NCBI GenBank assembly: GCA_944391425.1
Contig: CALXTO010000002.1
Span: 5,786 to 69,785, forward strand
DNA: 64,000 nt
Direction: 5' to 3'
From: an uncultured Alphaproteobacteria bacterium
Lineage (GTDB): Bacteria; Pseudomonadota; Alphaproteobacteria; RF32; CAG-239
The notes under the pieces were generated by a model. It did not search any database, was not told where the DNA came from, and worked only from the letters and a program-made list of their open reading frames with translations. This document shows positions 9,219-19,311 of the stretch, in pieces. A program made the translations under genes and the position numbers. The stretch's first letter is position 1. Every line of letters begins with the position of its first letter.

Positions 9219-9884
9219 TCAGGCGTTTTTCATGCTGAGCCGAATGAGGCATTCCGTGAAAACGTCCATCAGCTCGCCGACGGTTGTTTCATCGGTAATC
9301 CAGCTAATGTATTGTCCGTCTTTTTCAAGAGCGAAGAAAACGCCGGTACATAAGGCTGCGTTGATTTCATCTTCAAGGTCAAAGATCGGTTGATCCCAGC
9401 TTGAACAATAGGTTGAGAAACATTGTTTCACCTTCCGTTCTTCAAGGCCGGTACTTCTCAGTCCGCAGTTGACCGCGTAACGGCGCAGCAGGAAAGGACG
9501 AAGTGCCTGGATTTTTTCGATGTTTTGGCCGTCGCGTTCAAAGTCGAAGTCGACTTCGGGAAGCTTTTTGGGCTTCAACATTTCCTGATATTTTTCTATT
9601 TCAGGGCAGCCGTCCGAGAAGTATGCGTCGATCATGCCGATGCTGATGTTGTTGGGCAACCACTTGAGCGGGCGTCTGATGTCCTTTGACAGAAGGCTGT
9701 CTTTGTCGCTGTGTTCCTGAAATTTTGAAACAGCGTGGATGAGAAACGGTCTCAGCAGGTCTTCCGGACATCCGATACTCCGGCGGCTGATATCTTCAGC
9801 AGACATTTCGATTCCTGATTTTTTGAGGGATTTCTGAATGAACTTAATGAAATCACCTTTTTTTACGGTATTTTTTCCTTCCAT
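9219..9884 (-). CDS. Hypothetical (orphan) protein
   Basis: 221-aa ORF with its own AT-rich upstream region; no recognised family. Confidence 0.65.
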   Translation of the reverse strand: MEGKNTVKKGDFIKFIQKSLKKSGIEMSAEDISRRSIGCPEDLLRPFLIHAVSKFQEHSDKDSLLSKDIRRPLKWLPNNISIGMIDAYFSDGCPEIEKYQEMLKPKKLPEVDFDFERDGQNIEKIQALRPFLLRRYAVNCGLRSTGLEERKVKQCFSTYCSSWDQPIFDLEDEINAALCTGVFFALEKDGQYISWITDETTVGELMDVFTECLIRLSMKNA

Positions 9885-9993
9885 GTTGAAAAAATTTTGA
9901 GTTTAACAATAATGTGTAAGTAATTCGCTTTTATGAAAATATTTTTATCACAAAAGACGAAAAAATCAACAGAAATTTTTATTTTTGTCAAAA

Positions 9994-10845
9994 TTAAAGT
10001 CTAAGCGCTAATTTAAGGAAGAGCTCAGGAGAGATTTCTTCCGGCCGGGCTGTGAGAGAAATGCCCAGTTCATTACAGGCCGATTCCAGTTCGGGGTATT
10101 TTTTCAGGCTTTGGCGAATCATTTTCCGACGTTGAGAAAAAGCCTGGGCTGTAAGGTTTTCCAGCTTGAGGATCTGTTCTGCCGACAAAGTTTTTTCGCG
10201 AGGGAGGAACAGTAATACGGATGACCATATTTTGGGTGCCGGGACAAAACATTCGGGGTTAAGGTCAAACAACCTGGTGATGCGGCATTGCAGTTGGGAA
10301 AGGATTGAGATGCGTCCGTAGTCTTTACTGCGAATCGGAGCGAGAATCCGGTCGGCCACTTCTTTTTGAAACATCAGAGTCAGACTTTGATAAGCGCTTA
10401 TTTGAGTCAGCCAGCCGGTTAAAAGCGGAACAGAAATGTTATACGGCAGATTGGAAACGATATGTTGAGGTCTTTTTTCGGGAGCGGCGAAATTGTATTG
10501 CAGGGCATCTTGATTAAGAATTTCCATAATGCCGCCGCTTTTATCGCGCAGTTCTTCCATAATGGAAATACAGCGCGGATCCATTTCAATGACGGTGAGC
10601 CGTTCCGGTTCTTTTTTGAGAATCGATCTGGTCAGCCCTCCAGGGCCCGGGCCGACTTCATAGACCTTGGCACCATGATAATTCTCCAGTTTTTGCGCCG
10701 CCAGGGACATGGATATAATTTTGTCGGTGATGTTGCGGTCAAGCAGAAAGTTCTGTCCGAGAGCTTTTTGCGCCATTAATCCGTGTGCATCGACAGTTGT
10801 TCGCAGCGACGGCAGAGAATTGATTATTTCCGAAAGCGACGGCAT
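9994..10845 (-). CDS. rsmA: 16S rRNA adenine dimethyltransferase RsmA/KsgA
   Basis: KALGQNFLLD, EVGPGPGGLT, SNLPYNIS, LMFQKEVA. Confidence 0.96.
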   Translation of the reverse strand: MPSLSEIINSLPSLRTTVDAHGLMAQKALGQNFLLDRNITDKIISMSLAAQKLENYHGAKVYEVGPGPGGLTRSILKKEPERLTVIEMDPRCISIMEELRDKSGGIMEILNQDALQYNFAAPEKRPQHIVSNLPYNISVPLLTGWLTQISAYQSLTLMFQKEVADRILAPIRSKDYGRISILSQLQCRITRLFDLNPECFVPAPKIWSSVLLFLPREKTLSAEQILKLENLTAQAFSQRRKMIRQSLKKYPELESACNELGISLTARPEEISPELFLKLALRL

Positions 10846-10846
10846 T

Positions 10847-11758
10847 CTAGCTCCGGATTTCAATAACGGCTTTTTGCCGCAGATCCTGCAAGAGGCGTTT
10901 GGAAAGTCCTTCCATTTTTTGATTGGTGAGCAGCGTTTTGATTTCCGCTTCCGTCGGAAGTTCCGGTTTGTCTTTGTCCGGGTTAAAGGTTTTTTGCAGT
11001 TTCAGAATGTAGTAACCGTCGCCCAATGCGATGGCATCACTGATTTCTCCGGGCTTCATGCTTTTTAGCTTTTGTTCAAGCTTGGGTGCAAGTTTTCCTG
11101 AATTGACCCAGCCGAGGTTGCCGCCGTTGGCCGCGCTCGGGCTCTCGGAAAACTGCATGGCATAAAGCTCAAATCGGGGATCGTTGCGCAAATTGTATAC
11201 CAGGTCAGACAGGTTGCGGGCATTTTCTTTTTTAATGAAAATTTCCGAAACGAGATATTTGGGCGTGTTTAGGTCTTTTTTGGCTTCGGCCAGCATATCT
11301 TCCACTTCTTTTTGGGTCGGTGTGCCTTCGGCATAGAATTTTTTGCGGATGAGGCGAATCCATGCCAAGTCTGACTTCATCTGTTCGGCAAATGTTTCCG
11401 GGCTGACATTGGCTTGTTTGAGAACGGTACTCAATTGTCCGAAGGGAATATTGTGGCTTTTTTCAAACTGGCGAAGCTGGCTGTTCACCTCTTCTTCAGT
11501 AATAGATATTCCGTTTTTTTCAGCTTCCTGCAGCTTGATTTTTTCATCGACGGCGGCATTTAAGACTCGCTGCATAATCATTTTTTGCGTTTGTCCGTTG
11601 AGGGGAATTTGCGTCGTCATTAAAAAGGCATTAACGCGGTTTTGGAAATCTTCGCTGGAAATGATTTCGTTGTTGACCAGGGCGACGATTTTCAGCGGGG
11701 CGGACCATGCCGGAACCGCCGCTGTCAAAAAGGCCAGAAAAACAAGAAATTTTTTCAT
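10847..11758 (-). CDS. surA: SurA-like periplasmic chaperone/parvulin PPIase
   Basis: Signal peptide, IVALVNNEIIS, FSESPSAANGGNLGW; directly downstream of lptD. Confidence 0.88.
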   Translation of the reverse strand: MKKFLVFLAFLTAAVPAWSAPLKIVALVNNEIISSEDFQNRVNAFLMTTQIPLNGQTQKMIMQRVLNAAVDEKIKLQEAEKNGISITEEEVNSQLRQFEKSHNIPFGQLSTVLKQANVSPETFAEQMKSDLAWIRLIRKKFYAEGTPTQKEVEDMLAEAKKDLNTPKYLVSEIFIKKENARNLSDLVYNLRNDPRFELYAMQFSESPSAANGGNLGWVNSGKLAPKLEQKLKSMKPGEISDAIALGDGYYILKLQKTFNPDKDKPELPTEAEIKTLLTNQKMEGLSKRLLQDLRQKAVIEIRS

Positions 11759-11776
11759 ATCGTTTCCTTTCAAAAA

Positions 11777-14029
11777 TTATTTTGTTCCCGTCCCGCCCAG
11801 CGTTTTCAGGAAGAAGTTTACGCCGAACTCAAAGTCTCCTTCATAGTTGGGGTCGCTGGAATTATCCTTTTCAATATTGAATATGAGTTTGGTGCATTCG
11901 TCTTCATAAGTCAGAAAACCGCCGTGCTCCAACGAACCGCCGTTGTCCGCCAGATTTTGGCGGTTGTAAATACTGAGCGACCAGTTCTTGGTGAGCATGG
12001 TGCTCAGCGAGGTGTAAAGCTCCTGTCTTTCGTAGCCGTACCAGGAGGCTGTTTCATTGGCTTCAAAATAAATATAGGATAAATACAGTTTTAATATTCG
12101 CGGCCCAATGGACGAGGCCAGTTCGCTGTATCTTATTTTATAATTATCTTTATCTAATTTGAAACGGTAGTTGATGTCAAAATATTCGTTGGGAGAGGCA
12201 TAGGCGCGTCCGACATAGTCCGTAAAATTGCCGTCTTGCCCGTCGGCGTTGGCGAAGCTTTCATCTTTGCTGAATTCGTAGCTTTGTGCCAAGAGAACCG
12301 ATGTCCGTCCGAAGCGTTTGCCATAGGAACTCCAGTTTATTCCGTAGCTGACGCGGCTTCCGGTATCGTTGCGGTCATATCCAGAATAACGATCCAAGTT
12401 TAAGATGTTGGTATCGTTTAATTCTACGTCCTGACTGTCTTCGTTGGGAATTTTTTCCGGTTTATTGCTTTGGTTGGGCGATACGGCGGCAACGATGATC
12501 GGTTCGATAATCTGGCTGCTGTCTTCGGTTGCGCGGATAAACGGCAGGCGCCATTCCAAACCAACCTGCGGGAATACGCGGCCGACGGCGCCGCTGTAAG
12601 CCGGATCATCTTCGTAAACGTAATTGTCGACATAGTATAAATCTGATTTTACCGAAGCGACCATTTTGTATTTTTCACCGTAAGGGCTGGTATAAGGCAG
12701 GTTCCAAGAGTTGATCATGGTGGCGCGCTGGGCTGAGTTGTCTTCTTCGTGAAAAACGGAAGCGAGGCTCAGTGTCGTTTTGCTGTAAGCTCCATAGCGG
12801 TCGGGGTCACTGATGTTTTCGTAGCTGAACAACGGCAGAACTGTCGGACTGTCGGCATGACGCAGATCATAACTTAATATCGTATAGTAATAAGCTTCCA
12901 AAGCGGCGTAATTGCGGTTGTCGAATCCCTGCAGGCTGGCTCTTGACGTCAGCCAGGCATCGTCTTTGTTGGGGAGAGATAAATCTTTGAGGAAAGCCGT
13001 GTCAGAAGCGTAGTTGATGTCCGTGTCGGCAACCCAGTAGTCGTTTATTTCATAACGACCGTAAGCAAAGATGTTGCCGCGGTTTTCCTTTGTGTCCTTA
13101 TCACGCAGAAAAGTTCCGCTGGCGGTTACTTCTCCCCGATAAAAGTATTTGTTGTAAGCCGCACTGTAGGCGATGCCTTTGTCGCTGCTGATGATGGGAT
13201 TGAACAAAATATCTTCGTTATCTGAGATGCTCCAAAAATACTTTGGCTGAATTGAAGCGCCCAAATAAGAGTTGGAGCTGATGCTCGGAAAGAGAAAACC
13301 GGAACGGCGTTTAACGGTTGGATCCGGATGCGATAAAAACGGTGTATAGAACACCGGCATGCCTTTGACTTCGATGGTGGCATTTTGGTAATTGACATCT
13401 TTGCTCTCGGCGTCATGTTCAACTTTACGCGCTTTGATTTGCCACAAAGGATCCTGATTGCGGCAAACGTCGCAAGGCGTGTAAACGGCATAAGTCATCG
13501 TTTTTTTGTCTTTGTCGCCGCGGCGGAAAGTGCTGGCGGCAATGCGGGACTTGTCGGCCAAGAGGACTTTGATGTTTTTCATTTCGCCTTTGGTCATTTT
13601 GTCAGTTAATTCCGCATAGTCGGAAAAAACGACGTTGCCATCCTCTTCCACCAGAACGACATCGCCGACAGCGGTCACCGTGTCTTCTTTTTGATTGTAA
13701 ATGACTTTATCTGCTTTGACGGTCAGGTTGTTGCGGATGATTTCGACATTGCCGGTGGCGGTAATCAAACTGAGTTCCTGATTATTCTCAACTTCGTCGG
13801 CGCTGAAGTAAATTTCCGGATTGTCGGGATCTTTGCTCGGTTTAGGCGTAAAGACATCGGTAAGGTTGAGCTTGGGGTCTATTTTGGCCGGCGAATCGGA
13901 AACGGTTTCGGAAACGGTGGCACGCGTATCCGGCGTTACAACACTGTTTGATGCCTGAGCAACCGGTGTGCTTAATAAAACGGCACCGGACAAAATACAG
14001 AATTTGGAAAAGACGGAGCTGTCAGGCAT
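11777..14029 (-). CDS. lptD: LPS assembly outer-membrane protein LptD
   Basis: OstA-like N-terminus, YTPCDVC..PLWQIKA, HPDPTVKRRSGFL, C-terminal YEDEC and LKTLG. Confidence 0.93.
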   Translation of the reverse strand: MPDSSVFSKFCILSGAVLLSTPVAQASNSVVTPDTRATVSETVSDSPAKIDPKLNLTDVFTPKPSKDPDNPEIYFSADEVENNQELSLITATGNVEIIRNNLTVKADKVIYNQKEDTVTAVGDVVLVEEDGNVVFSDYAELTDKMTKGEMKNIKVLLADKSRIAASTFRRGDKDKKTMTYAVYTPCDVCRNQDPLWQIKARKVEHDAESKDVNYQNATIEVKGMPVFYTPFLSHPDPTVKRRSGFLFPSISSNSYLGASIQPKYFWSISDNEDILFNPIISSDKGIAYSAAYNKYFYRGEVTASGTFLRDKDTKENRGNIFAYGRYEINDYWVADTDINYASDTAFLKDLSLPNKDDAWLTSRASLQGFDNRNYAALEAYYYTILSYDLRHADSPTVLPLFSYENISDPDRYGAYSKTTLSLASVFHEEDNSAQRATMINSWNLPYTSPYGEKYKMVASVKSDLYYVDNYVYEDDPAYSGAVGRVFPQVGLEWRLPFIRATEDSSQIIEPIIVAAVSPNQSNKPEKIPNEDSQDVELNDTNILNLDRYSGYDRNDTGSRVSYGINWSSYGKRFGRTSVLLAQSYEFSKDESFANADGQDGNFTDYVGRAYASPNEYFDINYRFKLDKDNYKIRYSELASSIGPRILKLYLSYIYFEANETASWYGYERQELYTSLSTMLTKNWSLSIYNRQNLADNGGSLEHGGFLTYEDECTKLIFNIEKDNSSDPNYEGDFEFGVNFFLKTLGGTGTK

Positions 14030-15161
14030 TAAGGTCTCCGTTTGCAAAAAACGGCGCTTTCTTTTTCTTTTGGAAAAAAGAAGGATTGTAAAAGCGCAAC
14101 AGAAAAAGGCAGCAGGCAAAGGGCAGGAAAACGTTGAGATACATTGCGGCCAGCCACCCCAGATTTTTGGCGGCCAGGTTTCCGAATGACAGATCCAGGG
14201 CTTGAATGATAACCATGGCGCCGACGGAAAGGGAAACAATCTTAATCTGTCCCCGGCGGTTAAAGTTTCCGACAAGAAGCCCTGTGCAGGCCATAAGGGC
14301 ATAAACGATGTTGAGCAGGGGCGTTGTAATTCTTTTGTTGCCCTCAACAATCCAACGGCGGACTTCTTTGGGAGACAACGAAGGATCTGAGGCTGCGTTG
14401 AATAATTCGGAAAGAGATTTTTCGCGTACGCCGGCTTCTTTGCGCGCTTTGCTTTCTTTAGCGCCGAAATCTACCGAATATCTTTCAAACGAAACGGAAC
14501 TGAATTGGTGGTTCTGTTTATTAAGCTGCTGTCTGGTACCGTGAATTAAAATGATTCTCGGGCCTTTTTCTGTCTGGATAATCCGTCCCAGTTCCGCAGA
14601 CAGAGTTGATTTGTTTTGAGGGTCGCGTTCGTCGTTAATCAGGATTCCGCCGACGGCGCCGTCCGGTTCATGTGTTGTAATAAAAACCGTAAGGTTGGGC
14701 TGCAGGGTTGTAAATTCGCCTTCCCGGAACATCAGGTGCGAAACGTCGTTTTTTATCCGCCATTCCAAGTCATTGAACTGGTTTTCGGCGTAAGGGATGA
14801 CGATGTTCATAACATAAACGTTGAGCAGTGCCAGAACGATGCCGAAAAAAAGCGTGGGTTTGGCGTTTTGCCAGGGGCTGATTCCGGCCGCTTTCATAAC
14901 GACCAGTTCCCGGTCCGAGAGCATACGGTTATAAACAAACAAAATGGCGGCAAACAACGATATTGGTGAGAGCAAGGTAAAAATGCGCGGCATGAGCAAA
15001 GACGTCAGCTCGATAAAAATGCCGACGGATATGCCTTTGTTGGTAATAAGGTCGATAAATCGCAGGGATTGCGTAAGCCAGATGATGGACATAAGCGAAA
15101 AGGCGACCAGCAAAAAACCGACCAAAATTTGTTTGGTTATATAGATGTTTAGTTTTTTCAT
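14022..15161 (-). CDS. lptF: LPS export ABC transporter permease LptF
   Basis: IIWLTQSLRFIDL, DRELVVMKAAGISP, REGEFT, FNRRGQ. Confidence 0.9.
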   Translation of the reverse strand: MKKLNIYITKQILVGFLLVAFSLMSIIWLTQSLRFIDLITNKGISVGIFIELTSLLMPRIFTLLSPISLFAAILFVYNRMLSDRELVVMKAAGISPWQNAKPTLFFGIVLALLNVYVMNIVIPYAENQFNDLEWRIKNDVSHLMFREGEFTTLQPNLTVFITTHEPDGAVGGILINDERDPQNKSTLSAELGRIIQTEKGPRIILIHGTRQQLNKQNHQFSSVSFERYSVDFGAKESKARKEAGVREKSLSELFNAASDPSLSPKEVRRWIVEGNKRITTPLLNIVYALMACTGLLVGNFNRRGQIKIVSLSVGAMVIIQALDLSFGNLAAKNLGWLAAMYLNVFLPFACCLFLLRFYNPSFFQKKKKAPFFANGDLNA

Positions 15162-15347
15162 GCCGATGATTATAATCAAAATATCAGATTAAGAAACAAA
15201 ATTATTCATAATATTATAAAAAAAATATAAAATTTTGCTTAAAAATATAAAATCTGGGGGCGCAAAAAGAATCTGCTTGAACCGCCGTTTTTTTCTTTAT
15301 ATGATTTAGGCATAGAAAATTACGAACAAAAAAGCAAGGAGATTTTT

Positions 15348-15827
15348 ATGGAAGGCAACTCTACAGCCTCGCAGGTTGCGGCGAAATGGCGCAAAAAACG
15401 CGGCTCTCTGATTATGGCTCTGCACGAAATTCAAGGCGTCAAAGGGTTTGTTCCCTGGGAAGACGCCATGGACATCGCGGCGGAAATGGATATTCCGCTG
15501 GCAAGGATTTATGAAGTTTTGACATTCTATAACTTTTTTAAATTGGATGCGCCCGGGAAAGCCGTTATTTCGGTTTGTACCGGAACGGCCTGTTACCTTA
15601 AGGGAAATGACAAAGTCCTGGAGGAGTTTAAAAAAGAGCTTGGCATCGGCGAGGGCGAAAGCACGGAAGACAAGATGTTTCATTTGCAAAGCGTGCGTTG
15701 CGTCGGCTGCTGCGGTCTGGCTCCGGTTTGCGTGGTTAACGGCAAGACCTACGGCCGCGTAACACCCAACGATGTCCGGAACATTCTGGACGAATGGCGC
15801 AAAAAACTTAGCGAGGACGAGGAGTAG
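15348..15827 (+). CDS. hydC: [FeFe]-hydrogenase gamma subunit HydC (NuoE-like, 2Fe-2S)
   Basis: VLTFYNFF, CTGTACYLKG, CVGCCGLAP. Confidence 0.92.
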   Translation: MEGNSTASQVAAKWRKKRGSLIMALHEIQGVKGFVPWEDAMDIAAEMDIPLARIYEVLTFYNFFKLDAPGKAVISVCTGTACYLKGNDKVLEEFKKELGIGEGESTEDKMFHLQSVRCVGCCGLAPVCVVNGKTYGRVTPNDVRNILDEWRKKLSEDEE

Positions 15828-15831
15828 GACG

Positions 15832-17526
15832 ATGGCCGAGACAGATTTGGACAAGAGATTTGACATTCATGAAATTGCCAAAACCAAAAAAGCGGAAATG
15901 GATAGTTTTGCCTGCAGTATTTATTGCTGCCATTCAACTGGCTGCAAGTCTTCCGGCAGCGATGATATTATTACGCTGATCAAAGAGGCAATTGCTGCCC
16001 ACGGTATTGAGGACAAAGTCCGGGTTGTGGCGACCGGTTGTATGGGGTTGTGCGCCCAGGGGCCGCTTATCCGGGTAGAAATCAAAGGTCAGAAAGATGT
16101 TTTATATAAACGGGTTGAACCGCTCATCGGGCGCCTGATTATTACCGAACATGTCGTTCCTGCCCTGCGGTTGCCGGAAGGTGAAGTGTTTGAAATTCCC
16201 GAGTTTTTGGCGCAACATGTGTTATCTTTGGAGCTGCCTTTCTTTACCAAACAAGAGAAAGTGGTTTTACGTGATGCCGGGCACATGGACCCCGAAGATA
16301 TTCAGGAATATATCGCCCGCGGCGGATATCTGGCTCTGGAGAAGGTTCTTAAAACGATGAAGCCGGAAGAGGTGGTCGAGGAAATCAAAAAATCCGGTCT
16401 GCGCGGCCGGGGCGGCGGCGGATTTTCAACCGGGATGAAATGGGAACTGGCTTCCAAAGTGCCTACCGTTGACGAAAAATTCATTATCTGCAACGGCGAT
16501 GAGGGCGATCCGGGCGCGTATATGGATCGCAGTATTTTGGAAGGCGATCCGCATTCGGTGATTGAGGGAATGATGATTGCCGCTTATGCGATCGGTGCGA
16601 CATCCGGTTGGTTTTATGTGCGGGCAGAATATCCGCTGGCGGTTGAACGTTTGGAAAAGGCCATCAAGGCCTGTAAAAAGACCCGTCTGCTCGGCAACAA
16701 CATCATGGGGACGGATTTCAGTTTTAATATTGAAGTGCGTTTGGGTGCCGGCGCTTTTGTCTGCGGCGAAGAAACGGCTTTAATTCATTCGATTGAGGGC
16801 AAACGCGGAACGCCGCGTCCGCGCCCGCCGTATCCGACCAACAAGGGGCTGTGGGACAAGCCGTCCTGTGTCAACAATGTGGAAACTCTGGGCAATATCC
16901 CCAAGATTATTTTGAAAGGTGCCGACTGGTTTGCTTCTTTTGGAACGGAAACATCCAAAGGAACCAAAGTTTTTGCCCTGACCGGACAAGTTGAACACTC
17001 AGGGTTGATTGAGGTGCCGATGGGAACGACCATTAACGAGATTGTCAATGAAATTGGCGGTGGCGTGCCTAACGGCAAAAAACTGAAAGCAGTGCAGACG
17101 GGAGGTCCCTCCGGCGGCGTTATTCCGGCAGAAAACATGGATTTGCCGGTATGCTACGAAGAGCTGAAAAAAGTCGGTTCGATTATGGGCTCCGGCGGTA
17201 TGATCGTTATGGACGACTCTTCCAATATGGTCAATATCGCCAATTTTTACCTTGATTTTACGGTTGACGAATCGTGCGGAAAATGCGCACCCTGCCGTAT
17301 CGGCGGAAAGCAGATGCTGCTGCTTTTGGAGAAGATCAACAAGGGAAAAGGAACAAAGCAGGATCTGGCGGATTTAAAACGAATCGCTCTGGCCATGCAA
17401 AAAGCGTCTTTATGCGGTTTGGGACAAACGGCTCCGAATCCGGTTCTTTCTACGCTGCGTTTCTTTGAAAACGAATATTGGGAAAAACTTATTGATAAAC
17501 CGTCAGCTTCCGGGGAGGCAAAATAA
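15832..17526 (+). CDS. hydB: [FeFe]-hydrogenase beta subunit HydB (NuoF-like NADH/FMN), lacking the C-terminal ferredoxin arm
   Basis: N-terminal thioredoxin-like 2Fe-2S (CCHSTGC...GCMGLC), GLRGRGGGGF, NGDEGDPGAYMDR, GAGAFVCGEETAL, GGPSGG, ESCGKCAPC...LCGLG. Confidence 0.93.
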   Translation: MAETDLDKRFDIHEIAKTKKAEMDSFACSIYCCHSTGCKSSGSDDIITLIKEAIAAHGIEDKVRVVATGCMGLCAQGPLIRVEIKGQKDVLYKRVEPLIGRLIITEHVVPALRLPEGEVFEIPEFLAQHVLSLELPFFTKQEKVVLRDAGHMDPEDIQEYIARGGYLALEKVLKTMKPEEVVEEIKKSGLRGRGGGGFSTGMKWELASKVPTVDEKFIICNGDEGDPGAYMDRSILEGDPHSVIEGMMIAAYAIGATSGWFYVRAEYPLAVERLEKAIKACKKTRLLGNNIMGTDFSFNIEVRLGAGAFVCGEETALIHSIEGKRGTPRPRPPYPTNKGLWDKPSCVNNVETLGNIPKIILKGADWFASFGTETSKGTKVFALTGQVEHSGLIEVPMGTTINEIVNEIGGGVPNGKKLKAVQTGGPSGGVIPAENMDLPVCYEELKKVGSIMGSGGMIVMDDSSNMVNIANFYLDFTVDESCGKCAPCRIGGKQMLLLLEKINKGKGTKQDLADLKRIALAMQKASLCGLGQTAPNPVLSTLRFFENEYWEKLIDKPSASGEAK

Positions 17527-19301
17527 TGGTGAACTTGAAAATTGATAATTTTGATGTCAGCGTACCGGAAGGAACCAGCATTTTGGAAGCTGCCCGTCAG
17601 GCGCAGATTGACATTCCGACGCTTTGCAAACATCCGGACGTGGATCCGACGGCAGGTTGCGGCATGTGTATCGTCAAAGTCAACGGCCGGGTAATGCGTT
17701 CGTGTTGTACGCCGGTGGCCGAGGGAATGGAAGTTATTACGGGCGATGCGGAGATTGTTTCGGTGCGTCGTACGGTACTGGAACTGATTTTGAGCAATCA
17801 TCCGAACGAATGTCTGACTTGTATTCGTTCCGGACACTGCGAATTGCAGGATATGGCAAATACGTTCGGAATAGCAACTTCTCATCTGCCAAGCCTGAAT
17901 AAAAAAGCTGAACTGGATGATTCAACGCATTCGATTGTGTTGGATGCGTCCAAATGCATTGTGTGCGGTCGTTGTGTTGAAGTTTGTCAGAATCAGCAGA
18001 ATGTATGGGCTTTGAGCTATCTGAACCGCGGTTTGGCCACTAAAATTACGGCAGCCGGCGGCATTAAGCTGGCAGACAGTCCCTGTATCAAATGCGGGCA
18101 GTGTTCCGCGCATTGTCCGACGGGGGCTATTGTTGAATATGACGAGACGCAAAAAGTTTGGGAAATGTTGCGTGATCCGGATTTGGTTACGGTTGTTCAG
18201 ATTGCGCCGGCCGTCCGGGTGGCCATCGGTGAAGAATTCGGTTATGATTTCGGCGAAAACCTGACCGGAAAAACTTATGCCGCTTTGCGCCGTCTCGGTT
18301 TTGACAGGGTTTTTGACACCAATTTCGGTGCCGATTTGACGATTATCGAAGAGGCGACCGAGTTTGTCGAAAGGTTTACCAAACGTCCGGAAAGCCTGCC
18401 GATGTTTACGTCCTGCTGTCCGGCCTGGGTTGATATGCTGGAAAAATATCATCATGACATGATTCCCAATTTCTCAACCTGTAAGTCGCCACAATCAATG
18501 GTCGGTGCACTGGCAAAAACCTATTATGCGGAGAAAATGGCAATTAACCCTGAAAAAATCCGCGTGATTTCGGTTATGCCCTGCACGGCTAAAAAATGGG
18601 AAATTGTTCGCAGCAAAGATATGAGTTCTTCTGGATATCAGGATGTGGATGTGTCGCTGACGACCCGTGAACTGTGCCGGATGATTAAACAGGCCGGAAT
18701 TGATTTCCGCCGTTTGCCTGAAGAAGAGGCCGACAGCCCGTTGGGCGAATATTCCGGTGCGGGAACCATTTTCGGCGTAACCGGCGGGGTGATGACGGCT
18801 GCTTTGCGCACGGCATATTTTTATATTACCGGCGAAGAGCTCGGAGAAGTCAACTTCAAAGGAATCGAAGGATTGGAAGGCGTTAAGGAAGCTGAAGTCG
18901 ACATTAAGGGAACCAAAGTCCGGATTGCTGTGGCTCACGGTTGCGGTAATGTGGAAAAGGTTTTGGATAAAATCCGCACGGCCCGCGAAAACGGTGAGGA
19001 AACGCCTTATCATTTCGTTGAGGTGATGGCTTGCCGCGGAGGCTGCATTTCCGGCGGCGGACAGCCGCGCGTTATGATGCCCGGGCAGCCCAAGCCGCGC
19101 GGCATTACCGACGATATTCGTCAAAAGCGCGCGCAAGGCCTGATGAATGAGGATTTACAGGCCAAGAACCGTTTGTCGCATCATAACGAATCGGTTAAAA
19201 CCTTGTATAAGGAATATTTGGGGCAGGCGGGGTCAGAAAAAGCCCATCATCTTTTGCATACGCATTATGTGGCCAGGCCGAAATATGATAAGAAAGCCTA
19301 A
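17526..19301 (+). CDS. hydA: [FeFe]-hydrogenase catalytic subunit HydA (group A)
   Basis: H-cluster motifs FTSCCPAW, MPCTAKKWE, EVMACRGGCISGGGQP; N-terminal 2Fe-2S, His-ligated 4Fe-4S (HPNECLTC..C) and 2x4Fe-4S. Confidence 0.96.
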   Translation: MVNLKIDNFDVSVPEGTSILEAARQAQIDIPTLCKHPDVDPTAGCGMCIVKVNGRVMRSCCTPVAEGMEVITGDAEIVSVRRTVLELILSNHPNECLTCIRSGHCELQDMANTFGIATSHLPSLNKKAELDDSTHSIVLDASKCIVCGRCVEVCQNQQNVWALSYLNRGLATKITAAGGIKLADSPCIKCGQCSAHCPTGAIVEYDETQKVWEMLRDPDLVTVVQIAPAVRVAIGEEFGYDFGENLTGKTYAALRRLGFDRVFDTNFGADLTIIEEATEFVERFTKRPESLPMFTSCCPAWVDMLEKYHHDMIPNFSTCKSPQSMVGALAKTYYAEKMAINPEKIRVISVMPCTAKKWEIVRSKDMSSSGYQDVDVSLTTRELCRMIKQAGIDFRRLPEEEADSPLGEYSGAGTIFGVTGGVMTAALRTAYFYITGEELGEVNFKGIEGLEGVKEAEVDIKGTKVRIAVAHGCGNVEKVLDKIRTARENGEETPYHFVEVMACRGGCISGGGQPRVMMPGQPKPRGITDDIRQKRAQGLMNEDLQAKNRLSHHNESVKTLYKEYLGQAGSEKAHHLLHTHYVARPKYDKKA

Positions 19302-19311
19302 ACGCGCAAAT

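Noticed and set aside
14030-14350. Long N-terminal extensions of lptD (likewise tsaD, hemW, lptE, rplI) in the ORF track
   Set aside because: They overlap neighbouring genes; downstream ATGs fit family N-termini
15348-17526. nuoE/nuoF of respiratory complex I
   Set aside because: No other nuo genes; directly coupled to an H-cluster HydA
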